Assembly: GCF_004010195.1 (NCBI RefSeq)
Contig: NC_057758.1
Span: forward strand, 4,312,710 to 4,376,507
Direction of reading: 5' to 3'
Length of the DNA: 63,798 nt
DNA from: Chiloscyllium plagiosum
Taxonomy: Eukaryota
Both the position numbers and the translations under genes were made by a program. The notes beneath the pieces are model-generated. The model was not told the DNA's origin. It made no database searches and saw only the letters and a program-made list of their open reading frames with translations. This document shows, one piece after another, positions 27,080 through 40,700 of the stretch (its first letter is position 1; every line of letters begins with the position of its first letter).

Positions 27080-28100
27080 CAGAGATTGGAATCGGACCTT
27101 AGGGACAGCATTTTCACACAGACGGTCGTGCGTGTAGGAAATGAGTAGCTACAAGAAATGGTGGAGGCTGGTAAAATTGTAATATTTCAAAGATAGGTAC
27201 TGGAATTGGAGGGTTTTAGAGGGATATTGGCCAAGTGCTGGCAAATAGGATTTTATTAATTTAGATTATCTGATTGTCACGGACGAGTTGGAAGGAAGGG
27301 ACTTTTGCTTTGTTATGCAGCTCTCTGACTGTCTGACTCTGTGTGAAGTCATTGACGTTAGCAGGTAGACGCAAGAGGAATAAATACAGTAACTGGCAGG
27401 ACCCTGAAGATCATTGATACGCAGACGAATCTTGGAATGCAAATCCATTGCTGCCTGAAAGTGACAACAAAACAGATAACGTGGTAAAGAAGACATGTGG
27501 AGTGATAGTCTTCATTAGTCATGACATTGAATACAAAAGTTGGCGAATTTTTCGGCAGCTGAATGAAAAATATAATTCCGTGACACTTGAAGTGTTGTGT
27601 GCAGTTCTGTTTTCCGCAGCATAGGAAAAACATGGAGGCCTTGGAGAGGCCGCATAAAAGACTTATTGGGATGCTACCTGGATTAGAGTGCATTTGCCAT
27701 GAGTAGAAGTTCAATAAACGGGAGAGTTAGGGGTTAGGTTGTGCCTTCACAGAGGTCGATAAAATTATGAGTGGCATGAACAGAGTGAATTGCACGGACA
27801 TCTTCATGGGGTTGAAATATCAGATACCAGGTTTAAGCTGAGAAGGATAAACTTTAGCGGATATATGTGAGGCAAGATTTTTTTATGTAAAGGAGGGTAA
27901 GTGCCTGGAACACACTGCCAGCTGGTGAGGACTGGTTAAAACAGATACGACAGCAACGTTTCAGAGAAATTTGGGCAGAAACTTGAGTACACGAAATAGA
28001 AGGTTTCTGACCATGTTCAGATGAATGGGATCATTTTAGAAACGCATCGTATATCTGCACAGACACGAAAGGTCTCAAGGGCCTGTTCTTTTGCTGTTTG
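27080..28100 (+). mobile_element. Two CR1 3' fragments
   Basis: ttttcacacagacggtcgtg...; cacttgaagtgttgtgtgcagttctg (HLKCCVQF). Confidence 0.7.
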
Positions 28101-30039
28101 AAATCATAATGGAGGAGCATGGCCATGAGACTGGAACAACAAGAATTTAAGCGGTCGGTTAGAGTGTGATATGGAGAGAGAGAGGGTGGAAAGGGAAGCT
28201 GAATTATGAAGAAGGATTGCGTGAGAGTGAGAGGAGAGCTGATGGACGTTTCAGTGGAAGTGATGAACGGAGAGAAGAATGATTGGTAAATAACTCACCA
28301 ACACCTTTCAGAGCCCTCGCATCTTTCTGAGCATTGGTGACGTGTTGGTGACTTGTATTTAACGTTTTAATCGAGGCATTATGTCCAGATATTTGTCCAT
28401 TAGAATGATGGACCCGTCTTTTATTAAATATGATAAAATAATCACCCTCACGACATGTCTGGATGAGGGGAACATTCAACGTCGATCCAGTGTTGTTACT
28501 CAAAATGACAGACGAGGCTCCCACAAAGCTGAGTGTGGGGTAATGGTGCAAACTGACTCTGAACAGTTCTTCATCTGAGCCCCAATGTAAGATGTGGTCA
28601 GCCGTTTATGTTGACTGAAACAGATTCCGATCTGTGCTGTTCATTCCCTTCAGAGCATCCATTATATGAAGTTCAATTCACAGACAGTCGGATTGGCTGC
28701 CCGAGGGAAGGGACATGTTGGAAGGTCAGCAAGGGGACTCCATTCCCATGCCACACGTACGAGTGAGATGTCGGAGAGTTAGGAGTCAACAGTGAGCACA
28801 TCCAGGACCAGTCACTTTGGGTCCTGGACACTGCTGCGCCATCATCTCTGAAGTTTGTGTCCTTCCAGTAAGGCAAGGATATACCAGGAATGCTCCTGAT
28901 CGGAGCTGGTACTTGGCGAGAAGCGAATGATTCCGTCATGCCGTCTGTGTTCGGGGTATACGATGTCAGGACGCTTTTGCCTTTTCCTAATTCTCCTCTC
29001 TTTCAGACAGTATGAACAGACATAGAAATCAGAATGAAAAATGAGTAACGGGCAAGGGACTGCAATCAATGCTATAAATTTCATTGCCACAAGTCAGAAT
29101 GTAATGCTTCATGGGTAACTAAATTAATTCAGTATAGCTGATCAACAAGGAATGCAGTTAGTATCCATCGCAGATCGCGAGGGGCGTGTAAGTGGAACCA
29201 TTCCCAATGAATCAATCATTACTCCTTCCACCAGCATACCCTTCAGGGCACACAACCATGTAAACTTCTCCTGGCTCATAGCGGTTTGCTCTGCACACCT
29301 CTCTGATAAATTCACAAGAGGGGAATCCATCTATACAACAGAAAGGGAGATAGTATTGACGCAACGGTCGAGACAGACTAACCCTGACGTCTGCTATCAC
29401 TGATACACACACAAACGAAAATGCTGTGCAATATTCCCATTGTCGTGCCCCTGAGAGTAAAGGAGAAGAGAAACATTGGAGCACAGTAAAGTAACGGTAC
29501 AAGCAGGCAGAATTTTCATGCCAAAATCTCTATGCTGGTCGAAAGATAAAGTCACCAATTTTAATTCAAAGTTCTAGGACCTGGTGTATATTGTTGCATT
29601 TTCCAGAGTTATCCGTCAGGATACAAGTTCAATTCGTGTGCATCCCTTCTGCACTCTCTCCAGACCAATGATGCTCTCCCTGTAATGTGCTGACGAGGTT
29701 TCCACAACAAACCTCCGGCTGTGTTCAAACCAATTCTTTACAGAACTCAGTGTTGAATCCTTATTTTCTCGACTACATCTACATCCAGGAAAAACAAAAA
29801 AAAGAAAAATCCAGCATATCAACTTTTCAAAGCTGACCTCACCAACCTGGCACAGTCTGTTTCAGGAGTGAAACTTCGTATTCTCTGAGAATAATAATGC
29901 TGGTTTCACACCCCACCATCTCCCCCTCCCAGCGCGTGATTATGTGCCATTCCAAGCGACAGATTGTTATCAATCTCCAAATTGGGAAAGTACATTTCCC
30001 TCGACCGTGTCATCAAGGTCCATAATCGACAGCAAAGGA

Positions 30040-30900
30040 AAAGGCCATTTGGCCCAACGCACCCTCCCAACTGTCTCATTATTCAAATTCTGTTTTCCAG
30101 CGCTTGGCCCATTTTGGTACATGACTTTGCATCGCAAATGCCGATTTGAATAGTTCGTTATATCTTGAGGGTTTTGCCACTTCCAAACTTAGACGAAGTG
30201 AATTTCTAACCCCCACAACCCTCTGAGTGAAAACGTTTTTCCTTACTTCTGCCATAAACTTTCTGCTGCTTACCTTTATCTCATGTTCCCTATTCATTGC
30301 TCCCCCAATGAAGGGCAATGCATCCTTCCTGTCTACTGTGTCTCTGCCTCTCATACATTTATATATCTCAATCACGTCCACTCTCAATCTCTTTCACTGT
30401 CTGTTGAAACCCTCTTCAACAATTGAGCCCAAGGCAATATCCTGGCAAATCCACATAACCACGGTACATCTTCTCCAGTAAAATTGCATATCTCATACGA
30501 TGTGCATTCTTGAACTGCACATAATATAACCACTCGAGATTATATTGCAGGAAATGTGCAGCAGTCTCGTCAGCAACCGAGGAGCAAAACTGATGCTTGG
30601 GCACAAGCTCTCCAACAAGCATATGCTTACTATGGACTGAACAATATTTTATGCTTGTGAAACATCACCTTTGTGAAAATTTGCACATCAGCTAATAATG
30701 GCAAGCATGATATTTAACATCTGAAACTTTAGATCTGTCTGTCAGGATATCTTATGAAGTCAATGAATATCTACTTCCATTTTCTTGTGATCGTTGATGA
30801 TTACACAGAGGCCTCCCAATCTTTTTCTTTGACCTTACTTTGTTGGGCCTAGCCAAGTGCATGTCCTCGCTCTTATTTGGCAGAACCGCATTTGTCACTA
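30040..30900 (-). mobile_element. Old CR1 3' fragment
   Basis: DVIEIYKCMRGRDTVD...VRKNVFTQRVVGVRNSL. Confidence 0.75.
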
Positions 30901-32579
30901 ATCGGCCTATCAATCCATGTTGGAGTCATCGAAGTAAGAGAGAGTAGGATCTTGAAGGATGAATGACCTTCCGTAAACCCATTCAGAAAAGCACACATCT
31001 TTAAAAAAATATCTCTCAAACACTCCTTCAAAAGCAGGCATCAGCTCGGCCAGAAACAGAAAATCAAGGAGGGTAAACATTGCTTTAAAATTTTCTCTTC
31101 GAGGTCCTCAGAGTCGCCATGAGCAGACACGAGTGCTCTTTTCACGGAGTCAGCGTCCAATCCGCATTTTGTAATCATCTCAGACAAAAGGGACTGATTC
31201 CACCTGCTATATGTTAAAGTGAGCACATGTTAAGTACTTAGTTCACCACCACTTTCAAATAACCATATCACTGAACTTCTGGGACTCTCTGTTCCGCAAC
31301 ACTGCCCCTAATGTCCTACCAACAGTGTAAGCCCTGCCCAAGTTTGGCTTACCAAAATGCAACACATTGCCTTCATGTAAAGATAGATACATTGGCCAAA
31401 ACGGAAACTGTGTTTTGAAGCTGGTGGACATTTGGTACACTAACGTTGGCAGTCCAAGGACATGATGCAGGTCTCGTCCGAGTAGGGGTTTTTACCCTCT
31501 TATGGATACGTTTGTCTCTGATCATTGTACACCTGCTGCACAATGTACACGACAAATAAATTAATCTGACCAGATTTTGAAGTTGAATATAAAAGAGTTT
31601 GACGATATTATCAAACAAAAGAGAGTGAGCTGTTGTTTAATGTCCAATGACACCTCAGTCCCCGCAGCTCACTGAAGTATGGCAGACAGGACCTAGACGA
31701 ACAGCAAGGCTGTTCCTCTTCAGAGGTAAATTAGTAATGAATGTTTCCGTCCTCTCGGTTTTGCTGGCAGTTTGACGGGACCAAGGTGGAGCGAGTCCCT
31801 GCCATGCATGTAGATTTATAGATGACAGAAATCTCTTGCTGATCATATGCGGAAAATTTGTCTCGCCATTGTAGTCACAAAGACTCTGAGGAGATCAGAG
31901 CAAAGATTGAGGAACACACGACCATCCCTCCTTGGTTTCCCGTTGCAGTTACAGTCCATCAGTGATGATAATGGAGGAGAGATTGTATCGCTCTGCTATG
32001 AAGATCAGCCATATCCAATTAGCAAACTACATAATCGTTCATTAAAGCTGTGTCTGGTCATTCTGTCTCTTAATCGGTAAAATGTGGGGCTGGAATAAAG
32101 CACCGCAGGTTAGGCAGATCTGAGGGACAAGTGTCGACATTATCAGGAGGACCTTATGCAGCACCCTTCATTCTACCTCTGAGGTCTACCTGACTCTTTA
32201 TTAGATACTGGCTGCTATTTGTCTTACCACTATGCTGGTGTGATGGTTCAATCCGTTCCAAAGTACAAGTGTCACACTCATGCTTGAATCTTTTCTGTAA
32301 TCGTGTGTATGCAGTTCAACCTCTTCTTTAATGGTCCACTCCAAGTATAAAACTTATACACACCGCGCCCTCAAAGGATCTCTACTTAGTCACTTCATAT
32401 TTCATACCTTCATGATGCCCCTCGGTAATATATAAACAAATGTGATTTCCAATTCATCCATGGACGCGTCCCTCTCTAATCTCGTTCAGTTGGTATTTTC
32501 TACGAGATACCTGGACCCCGTTAATTGCAGGCCTCCTGAACCATTGTGACATAATGCAGGAGATAATAAGAAAAGAAAA

Positions 32580-33060
32580 TTGAATCCTGACTTTTACTGC
32601 AAATCGACTGAATTATAAGAAAAATTGTTGTTACATTTATAAAGACTTCGTGAGACCACAGTTGGAGTATTGTGTACAAGTTTGGCTACACTTCTTGAGG
32701 CAATATGCGGTGGTAATGGAGGCAGATCAGAGGATGTTCCCCAAGTTGCTTCCACACATGAAAAGGCTGTAATAAAAGGAGTGTAAGTAACTTGGGCTTG
32801 AACAACAACCTCACGATGGATTTCAGAAGGATGTGTAGTCATCTGATTGAGATACTTTCAGTACAAACGGAATTGATAAGGTGGACATTGAAAAGAAGAT
32901 TCCTTTTTGGTGGGTTAGTTTCGACCAAGAGGGCTGTGATACAGAGGAAAAAGGCATAGGTTTCAAACTGAGATGGGAAATAACTGCATCTCTCAGAGTA
33001 TTGTGAGTCTGATGAGCTCACTTCCCCAGAATATATTTGGGGGAATTTAGAAGTAGAATG
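32580..33060 (+). mobile_element. Old CR1 RT C-terminal fragment
   Basis: LYKDFVRPQLEYCVQVW-like segment at about 32630-32690. Confidence 0.65.
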
Positions 33061-34473
33061 TGTACTGGATTTAGATTTAGAATTAGAAGTGGAATTTGTT
33101 GTCAAGTGTGCTCAAGCACAGTGATATAGAAGCAAAGTGAAAAGTATATAATGCCACCATTGCTGGCGCCATCTTAGATACAGAACTGTCTAATTGCAAG
33201 ACTTACATTTTATGACTAAAAGTAAGAAAATATAATTAAAAGTTCAACATGAAAGAATTTCTTCCAATAAAATAGCAAAATTAAGAAATAATGTCGAAAG
33301 GTCAAGATTGAATAGCAAGGAGCAGTGATTACATTGTCTCTGATTGGAGGTCAGAAGTGTGGCACTGGAAAATCACAGCATTATTTCCTAATTTTGCCAC
33401 CTATCAGCTGAAGCCTATGTACTGTCTAGATCTTCTTGCGTGAATATGGATTATTCCCGTAACTGAAGCGTCTTGGATTATTGCTGAACATCGTACAATC
33501 ATTGGCGAACGCAAACACTTACGACCCCATGACGTCCACCAAGACAAACACAAGAATATGCAGACTGTCCTGGAGGGGTTGAGCATGTTTCAGCCTGTAC
33601 TCATTGAGATTTTGAAGAATAAGATGGCACTTTATTGAATATGAATGGGTCTGAGGGGCTTGAAAGGGTACAAGTGGAGAGGTTAAGTAGGTTTTGGGCT
33701 GTATTTAATAGCGGTTAGGTGAATGAGATGAAGCCTTGCTTCAAAGATGCAAGATTCTTAGGAGACTTGACAAGGTACATATAGAGAGGTTGTCTTCATT
33801 TGTGGGAGAATGTGATAGATGGTCATCATCACAGAATGAGGACCTGATGGGCTGAAGAGAATCTTCTGTTGCTGTGCTGTGTGAATGTGTGAGTATCTCT
33901 ATGAGAAATGAAAACAGAACAGAAATACTGATAAATGCAAGAGTTTTCATTCACACCAATGCAGAAAGCTGAGGGGTAACTGTTCATTGGCAGCGACACG
34001 ATCGAGTAGAGACTGCATTTCGCTTCAAGCATAGTTTCGTGCTGACCATTTTCCCCTAGTGGGATCTCACAAGTGCTGGAAGCACTTCAAAATGAAGGAA
34101 CACTTCCCAATAGTTTCGAATAATTCGCTTCACAGGCTTTCAGTATGCTGCTTCTGTTATCTTTCCCACAGTATATGGGTGGTCATAGGTCAAGAGGGAG
34201 GAAGATATTTAGAATGACAGAATGTTGTGCCACAGATAGAGGCCTATTGTCCCATTGTGCCTGTATTCCAGTTCGATTCCCTCGAATCATTCTCCTGCCT
34301 TCCCTTCCATTCCTGCCTGCAGCATAATCCTAATAACCGTCAATTCTTCCTCTTGAATGCACCCTTCATTGGTGCACAGAACTTTACCTACGAAACTCTG
34401 TCAGAACGATCTAAGCTACTCGGAGAGGCAGGAGTGTGAGGCAGTCTTCTTCCACTTGACTCTCTTCCACCGC

Positions 34474-34687
34474 TGAAACTTTATTGCTGGAACAGCACAG
34501 CAGGTCAGGCAGCATCTAGGGAACAGAAGATTCGACGTTTCGGGCACACGGCCCTTCTTCAGGAAGAAGAAGGGCGTGTGCCCGAAACGTCGAATCTTCT
34601 GTTCCCTAGATGCTGCCTGACCTGCTGTGCTGTTCCAGCAATAAAGTTTCAGCTTTGATCTCCAGCGTCTGCAGACCTCAGTTTCTC
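34474..34687. mobile_element. Young palindromic PLE-tail insertion with 14-bp TSD
   Basis: Arms spanning 34472-34653 are near-perfect reverse complements. ctctcttccaccgc occurs at 34460-34473 and 34688-34701. Confidence 0.92.
34531..34565 (-). ncRNA. Intact minimal type I hammerhead ribozyme motif
   Basis: Minus strand: TTC CTGAAGA A GGGC CGTGT GCCC GAAA CG TC^GAA. Stem I is TTC/GAA, stem II is GGGC/GCCC, with a palindromic ACGT at stem III. Confidence 0.75.
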
Positions 34688-34769
34688 CTCTCTTCCACCG
34701 CCCCTTATGTGGAGACCAGAGTCCTGCCACGTAGCAATGAAGTATATATCCCCCAGACACAGGCATGGA

Positions 34770-35240
34770 GGCAGACCAGAGGAGATTTACGAGGGCTGAT
34801 CCCAGGTAGAGAGGGACTGTCCACTGAGATGAGGTTGCGTAGAATTCAGTCTGCAGTCATCGGAGTTTAGACTCTTAATGACTCTTAACTGAAACATGCA
34901 TGATTCTTTCTGGATTTGACAATGGAGAAGTGCAGCGGTTATTTCGCCTTTGAGAGAATATTGGTCGGTGTGTGTCCCCTTAGTGTAAGTAAGTCAATCC
35001 TTTAAGAGAGATCTGAAGGAATATCTTCTGTCAGATGTTAGTGTGGTTTTCATTACCACAGACGACTATGCGGCTGGTTCATTCAAAAAGGCGTTCAATT
35101 AGTAAGGGGGGTAAGTGTCTTTGGAAAAAGGAAAGGAGGTAGAGTGAAGTATGATCAGATCAACCACGATCTGTTTCAATGTTGGGGCGGACTCAATCGG
35201 CTCTACGGCCTAATTCTCCCTATGCTTCTTACGGTCTTAT
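34770..35240 (+). mobile_element. Old CR1 3' fragment
   Basis: Degenerate RT tail ending cggcctaattctccctatg. Confidence 0.55.
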
Positions 35241-36529
35241 GGACAGAAATAAAACTAAAACGTTTTGCTATTGCTCACATATTAAATATAGAAAAAGTTG
35301 ACTTGTCAATGATAAATCGTAAGATCTTCGAGACAAGTGCACAGATCCTTGTAAAAGCACTGGTTTAAAAGTACAGCAGGAATGAGGATAGGAAGAATTC
35401 AGCACGGAGTGGCTCAGGACGGTTCTCAGTATGTTCAGGGAATCCAGATCCTGCAGACCAGACATGCTCAGAAGTGTTTTCGGGCTGCAATTTCAGAGAT
35501 ACAGAGGGTTTGATGAACTGCAGGGGTATCAGACCGTGACGTAATAAACGTAGCTATCACAGGCAAGAACTTGTGGAATAGCAGCAGAGGTTGAGGAGTC
35601 AGAATAGACTCATTCGTTCTCCACCTCCTCCATTTTCGTCCATTCCCTGCATATCTCAACAGACGAAAGTCTAGATATTTTGGTGCACATTTTGGAAACC
35701 TATGGAAACGCCAATGGAGAAACAGAACAGATCTAGCAGAATTTATGAAGAGAGATAGAGAGAGATCAAAACAGCGTGCACATTTCAGACCAATCCAACT
35801 TTCTTCAGAATCCAACTTTCCAGAGTTTCTTCAGAATTTGACCGCGAAACGTGATGAGTGTTTCTGTTCACCTGGGACGCTGGCAGACCATCTTGGGTTT
35901 TTCAGCATTCCACATCCTCTCCATTCACCTCAAAATATATCCACACCTCCAAACATAACACACAGTTGCTCGAGTCTATCAGCCGTGAAGCGCTCTGTCA
36001 CTATCAGTGACATGAGTAACAAAATCAATGTTATTGCCACCCTCCACTGACCACGGCCAAGGCACAATATGAGGCACAGGAGCATGCGATTGGGTACTAC
36101 ATGAACAAACAGACGGATCAATGTTTAATCATCACACAGATGCGGTGGACATTGCCTCCACCTTCAACGTGCAAAAAAGCCAGACAACTGAGTGTGCCCA
36201 TCGTGAAAACAAAAATGATGCAGGCTTTTTACAATGTTCTGTCCAACTATTTGTGGATGTCCTGTCACACGTCAGTCACCACCGCTGGCTTAGGTGGGAA
36301 TCAACCTTTGTATTTTGGTCCGGAATTCCTGCCTGACTGCATTGCAGGAGCAGTGGAACAGAAAAAAACTCACTGAGCATGCAGTCAGCAGCCTTTCCTT
36401 TGTGTGCATTACCTTGAACCATTTGAGTTAAGTGGTTGCCATTTTCTTCCTGATTCATCAGTGGAGTATCAGTGAGAGTTGAGTTCACAACCATTTGTTC
36501 CGAGGGAAACAAAAGAAAGTTTCATGCAT

Positions 36530-38500
36530 TGGGAGAAATGAATACAGTGATCTTTTAATCCGTCCTACCAACTCTTCCCAATTGCAGGGCCAACTTTCTC
36601 GAACCATGTCCATGAAACACAAAGTCCCTCTGTGCTTGAACTACCCTCAAAGTTGTAATATTCAGTCTGCATTGTCTCTCCATCTTTCTTCTCCCAAAGA
36701 ACATTACCTCACATTTCTCTGCATTTAAATTAATCCGCCAGGCTACTACATATTTCACCAACTTGTCAAAGGCTCTCAATGGCTTCAGCTCAGTTCATTA
36801 TCCCACCTTGCTCCCTGTCATTTGCAAATTTCGAAATTTTGCCCTTAACACACATCTCCAAATCATTTATTTAAACCAGAAAATGCTAGGATCCCCACCC
36901 CTATCTCTGGAGAGCACCCACTTCAAGATCGTCTCCAAAATGAGAAACATTAACTGTATTTACACTTTGTTTACTGTCTTTAGTCAACTTGTGATCCAAC
37001 ATTTCTCATTTGCTGACCATCCTGTGATGTGGCCCCGTCACAAATTATTTCTGATTCTCCAAATACTGCAAACGACATTCACAGCACAACTCTGATTCAC
37101 TGTCCGTATCCCATTTTCAAAGAACGCATTCAAATTTGCCAGAGATGACGTGCCCTCAAGAAAACTGTTTACTATTCATTATTACCTGATTTTTCCCTCA
37201 GTCTATTTAATCGTATCTTATATTATCGCCTCTATCAGTTCCTTAAAAACTGACGCAAAACTGACAGGTCTGAAATTTCCAGGTTTATCTTCTGCTACTC
37301 TCTGTAACAACTGTGCCAAATTAATGATCTTCCAGTCCACTGAAATAGTTCAATGTTCAGACAGGACTGGAAACTTTCTATCAACAACTTCGTCATTTTC
37401 TCCCTGACTCCCTCAGAAGCCTGGATGCATCCCATCTGTGTCTGTTGCCCTCTTTCGAGTACATGCTGTCAACATTTACAGAACGTCTCTTATATGTATC
37501 ACTGTATTACTCGGTTATTCAACGCATACACGTTCAACTGGGCCATTTTCACTATCTTCTTATTTGTAAACACAGGCGCAAAGGATCATTTCGAAATTCT
37601 GCAATACCTGTTACTTCAGTCGAGACCATGCTCTGCTTATTCCTTATGAACTGGACTTTCACCTTCCTGAATAGTTTACTTCTAAATGTTTGAAAAACAG
37701 TTCACCATTTGGTTTTAGCACAGCCTCCTATCCGTTCCCATGCTTCCTCTTAACCATCCTTTATTTAAGGTCTAGCCTTTCTCCTGCGTTTGAGGTACTC
37801 TTCCTGATCACTATTGCAATCATTATTTCAGCATGCATCATATACCTTATGTTCTTCCTTATTTTCTCATCTCAATCCATGGGCAAAGAGGGTACTTTGG
37901 ATAGCTTTGGATAGCCCACATTTATTTATTTTCAGTCGGTACACAGAAACCACCCTATTCATTCTATTTTGAAATGTCATCCATGGTTTTCCTTGTGAAA
38001 TGATTTTCCAATTGATGTATTCCTGTTCCACTTAAAGATCACTAAAAATCTACCCATTTCCAGTCAATGATGGTAATTATTGACTGACGTTTATCCTTTT
38101 CCAATTTTAGATTGGATCTTATAATGCTGTGGTCGCTGTTTCCCCAATGCTCCCGGCCTCTGACATTCCCATCTTGGTCTGCTTGTTTTCCAAGGCTCAG
38201 ATCCAGTACGTTTCCATCGCTAGCAGGGCTGTAAATCTCCAGCTTCAGAAAGTTCTCCGGCACATATTGCGGACATTTGTCCCCTCCTGGTAACCACACT
38301 GTCGTTTTCTCCTAGTCTTCCCTCAGGTAATTGAAATTGCCAACAATCCCAACCCCACCAATCCTGCAGGGTTCTAAATTCTTCCTTCCAAATGTGACGT
38401 TCCACGTCCCACCCATTGCTTGGAGGTCGATAATAAATACCCAAAATAAGCCACCATTTCCTTTTTGATTATCACCTCACGTGCTGTTGTAACATCATAA
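36530..38500 (-). mobile_element. Highly degraded CR1 LINE ORF2
   Basis: GIYYRPP; NVLDLSLG...WGNSDHSII; WRINLNAEKCEVMFFG. Confidence 0.8.
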
Positions 38501-38510
38501 ATTTGTTTTG

Positions 38511-38845
38511 GGAGTGACATGGTGGCTCTGTATTTAGCACTGCTGCCGCACAGCACTAGGATCCCGATTTCGATTCCCAGCTCAGGCGAATCTCCGTTTG
38601 GAGCCTGCACATTCTCACCGCGTCTGCATGGGTTTCCACCGGGTGCTTGCTTTTCCTCCCACAATTCGAGGAAATGCAGGTCAGGCGAATTGGCAATGCT
38701 TAAATTACTGATAGTGCTGGGGCATTAGTCAGGGGTAAATATAGGGTAGGGAATGGGTCTGGGTGGGTTACTCTTTGGAGGGTGGTTTTGGACTTTTTGA
38801 GTGAAATTGCTTGGTTTGTATATTGTAGGTGCTAAACCTAATCTG
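38511..38845 (+). mobile_element. HE1-type SINE
   Basis: ggtggctctgtatttagcactgctgccgcacagc...ttcgattcc...gggtgggttactct. Confidence 0.82.
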
Positions 38846-39254
38846 TTGAGTATTCCACCACCCATTCCAAATGCATTGAATATAGTCCGAACCTACCCTA
38901 TTTTCTATCATGCGTCAGTCCTGCCATCCTGGCAATCGGTCTGCCAAATCTTCATCACACCCAATGCATATATAGAGCAAGCTCCTCACATAAAGAGCTC
39001 AAAACTAATTGCAACACATCTGGTGCTACTAAACAGGTTCAGCGCAGAGAGATCACTGCATTATCAGTGGGTCAGTCTGAATTAGTATTTGCTACCAGAT
39101 GGTCAGTCCCGAGATAGGGCACGTTGTCAATTTGTCAGTGCTGCGGAAGCGTCGGATATTCCGTAAAAAAGGAGGCAGTTATGTTAATAGAGTCACGACT
39201 GAGGGAGCCTCACACGTCAATGTGTAAGCACGGTAAGGGTGTGCACTGTTGGGG

Positions 39255-40440
39255 GAAAGGATGTAGATGTCATAACATGGGCATAAGTAAGGCGTTTCAT
39301 CAAGTTCCCCACGTTATACTGATTGAGAATGTGAATTCCCATGGGCACCAGGGTGTTCGAGCGAGATGGAGAGAGATCTGGCTGGGCAACAAGAAACGGA
39401 GAGTAGTAGTGGAAGGGAGTTTCTCAAAATGGAGACCTGTGACCACCGGTGTTCCACAAGGATCCGTGCTGGGATTGCCGTTGTTTGTGATAGATATAAA
39501 TAATTTGGAGGAAAGTACCAGCTGCCCAGTTAACAGGTTTGCAGATGACACTGAGATTGATGGAGTAACAAATAGTGAAGTGAATTGTCAGAGAACAGAG
39601 CAGAACATAGATAGATTCGAGGGTTGGACAAAAAAAGTCAGATGGAGTTCAATCCAAGTAAGTGCGAGGCGATACATTCGAGAAGATTCAATTCAAGAGC
39701 GAACTGTGCAGTGAGTAAAAAAGTCCTGGGGAAAATTGACATATGGAGAAATATGGGTTGTCAGGTCCATTGTTCACTGAAGGTGTCAATGCAGGTCAAT
39801 AAAGTGGTCAAGAAGGCATACAGCATGATTTCCTATATTGGACAAGGTGCTGCATACAAGAGATGGCAGGCCATGTTACAGTTGCATGGGACTTTTGCTC
39901 GGACACATTTGGAATACTGCATACGGTTCTGGTTGCCACATTACCAAAAGGACATGGATATTTTGGAGAGTGTGCAGAGGAGATTCACCAGCATGTTACC
40001 AGGTACATAGGATACTGGTTATAAAGAGAGGTACGTTGGTATTACTTTCATTGCAAAGACGAAGATTGGGAGGGATTCTATGACGTCGACAAAATCAAGA
40101 GTGGATTTGGAAGGTAAGATAGCAAGAAGCACTTTTCCAGAATGCACAGCTCAATTACTCGGGGTCACCAGATCAAACTGAGAGGGGAAGGATTCGGGCA
40201 AATATGCGGGGAAATTTCTTTATGCAGACCGTGGTGGGTGCCTGGAACGCGTTGCCAATGGAGGTTGTACAGGGGGGGAATGATAGCGTCATTTAAGATG
40301 CATGAATGGACAGGGAGCAAAGGGATATGGATCATTAGAAAATAGGTGTCACGTTGAGGTAGTGAATTTGGATCGGCTCAATTTGGAAGGCCGAAGGGAT
40401 TGTTCTTGTGCTGTAAATTTCTTTGTTCTTTGTTCTTTGT
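39255..40440 (+). mobile_element. 5'-truncated CR1 LINE (RT to 3' tail)
   Basis: SKAFHQVPH...GVPQGSVLGLPLFVIDINNL...RFADDT; EFNPSKCE; HLEYCIRFWLPHYQKD; tttgttc tail. Confidence 0.93.
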
Positions 40441-40469
40441 CATTGGGGCCGTGGGATTGAAGACTCACT

Positions 40470-40700
40470 CCATTGTCGGCTAGTCAGTGCTTCAGAAGTG
40501 GACATTGTGGAATGGAAAGTGCTAATGGAGCCCTGCAGTTATGGAGAGTCAGTGTTTTTCGAGCACCGTCTTGTCAGAATATCAGTCCTGAGGGAGCCCT
40601 GCACTGTCGTCGGGTCAGTACTGAGGGAATGACACATTGTAAAAGAGTCAGAACTTTGGTAGCAGCACAGTTTCTGGTTTCAGCGTTGAGGGAGCGCCTG
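40470..40700 (-). repeat. Degenerate ~33-bp minisatellite, same family as 25070-25300, inverted
   Basis: Units such as gagggagccctgcactgtcgtcgggtcagtactgaggga. Confidence 0.7.

Noticed and set aside
28800..28829. Small hairpin tccaggac...gtcctgga
   Set aside because: An 8-bp inverted repeat is expected by chance at this scale.
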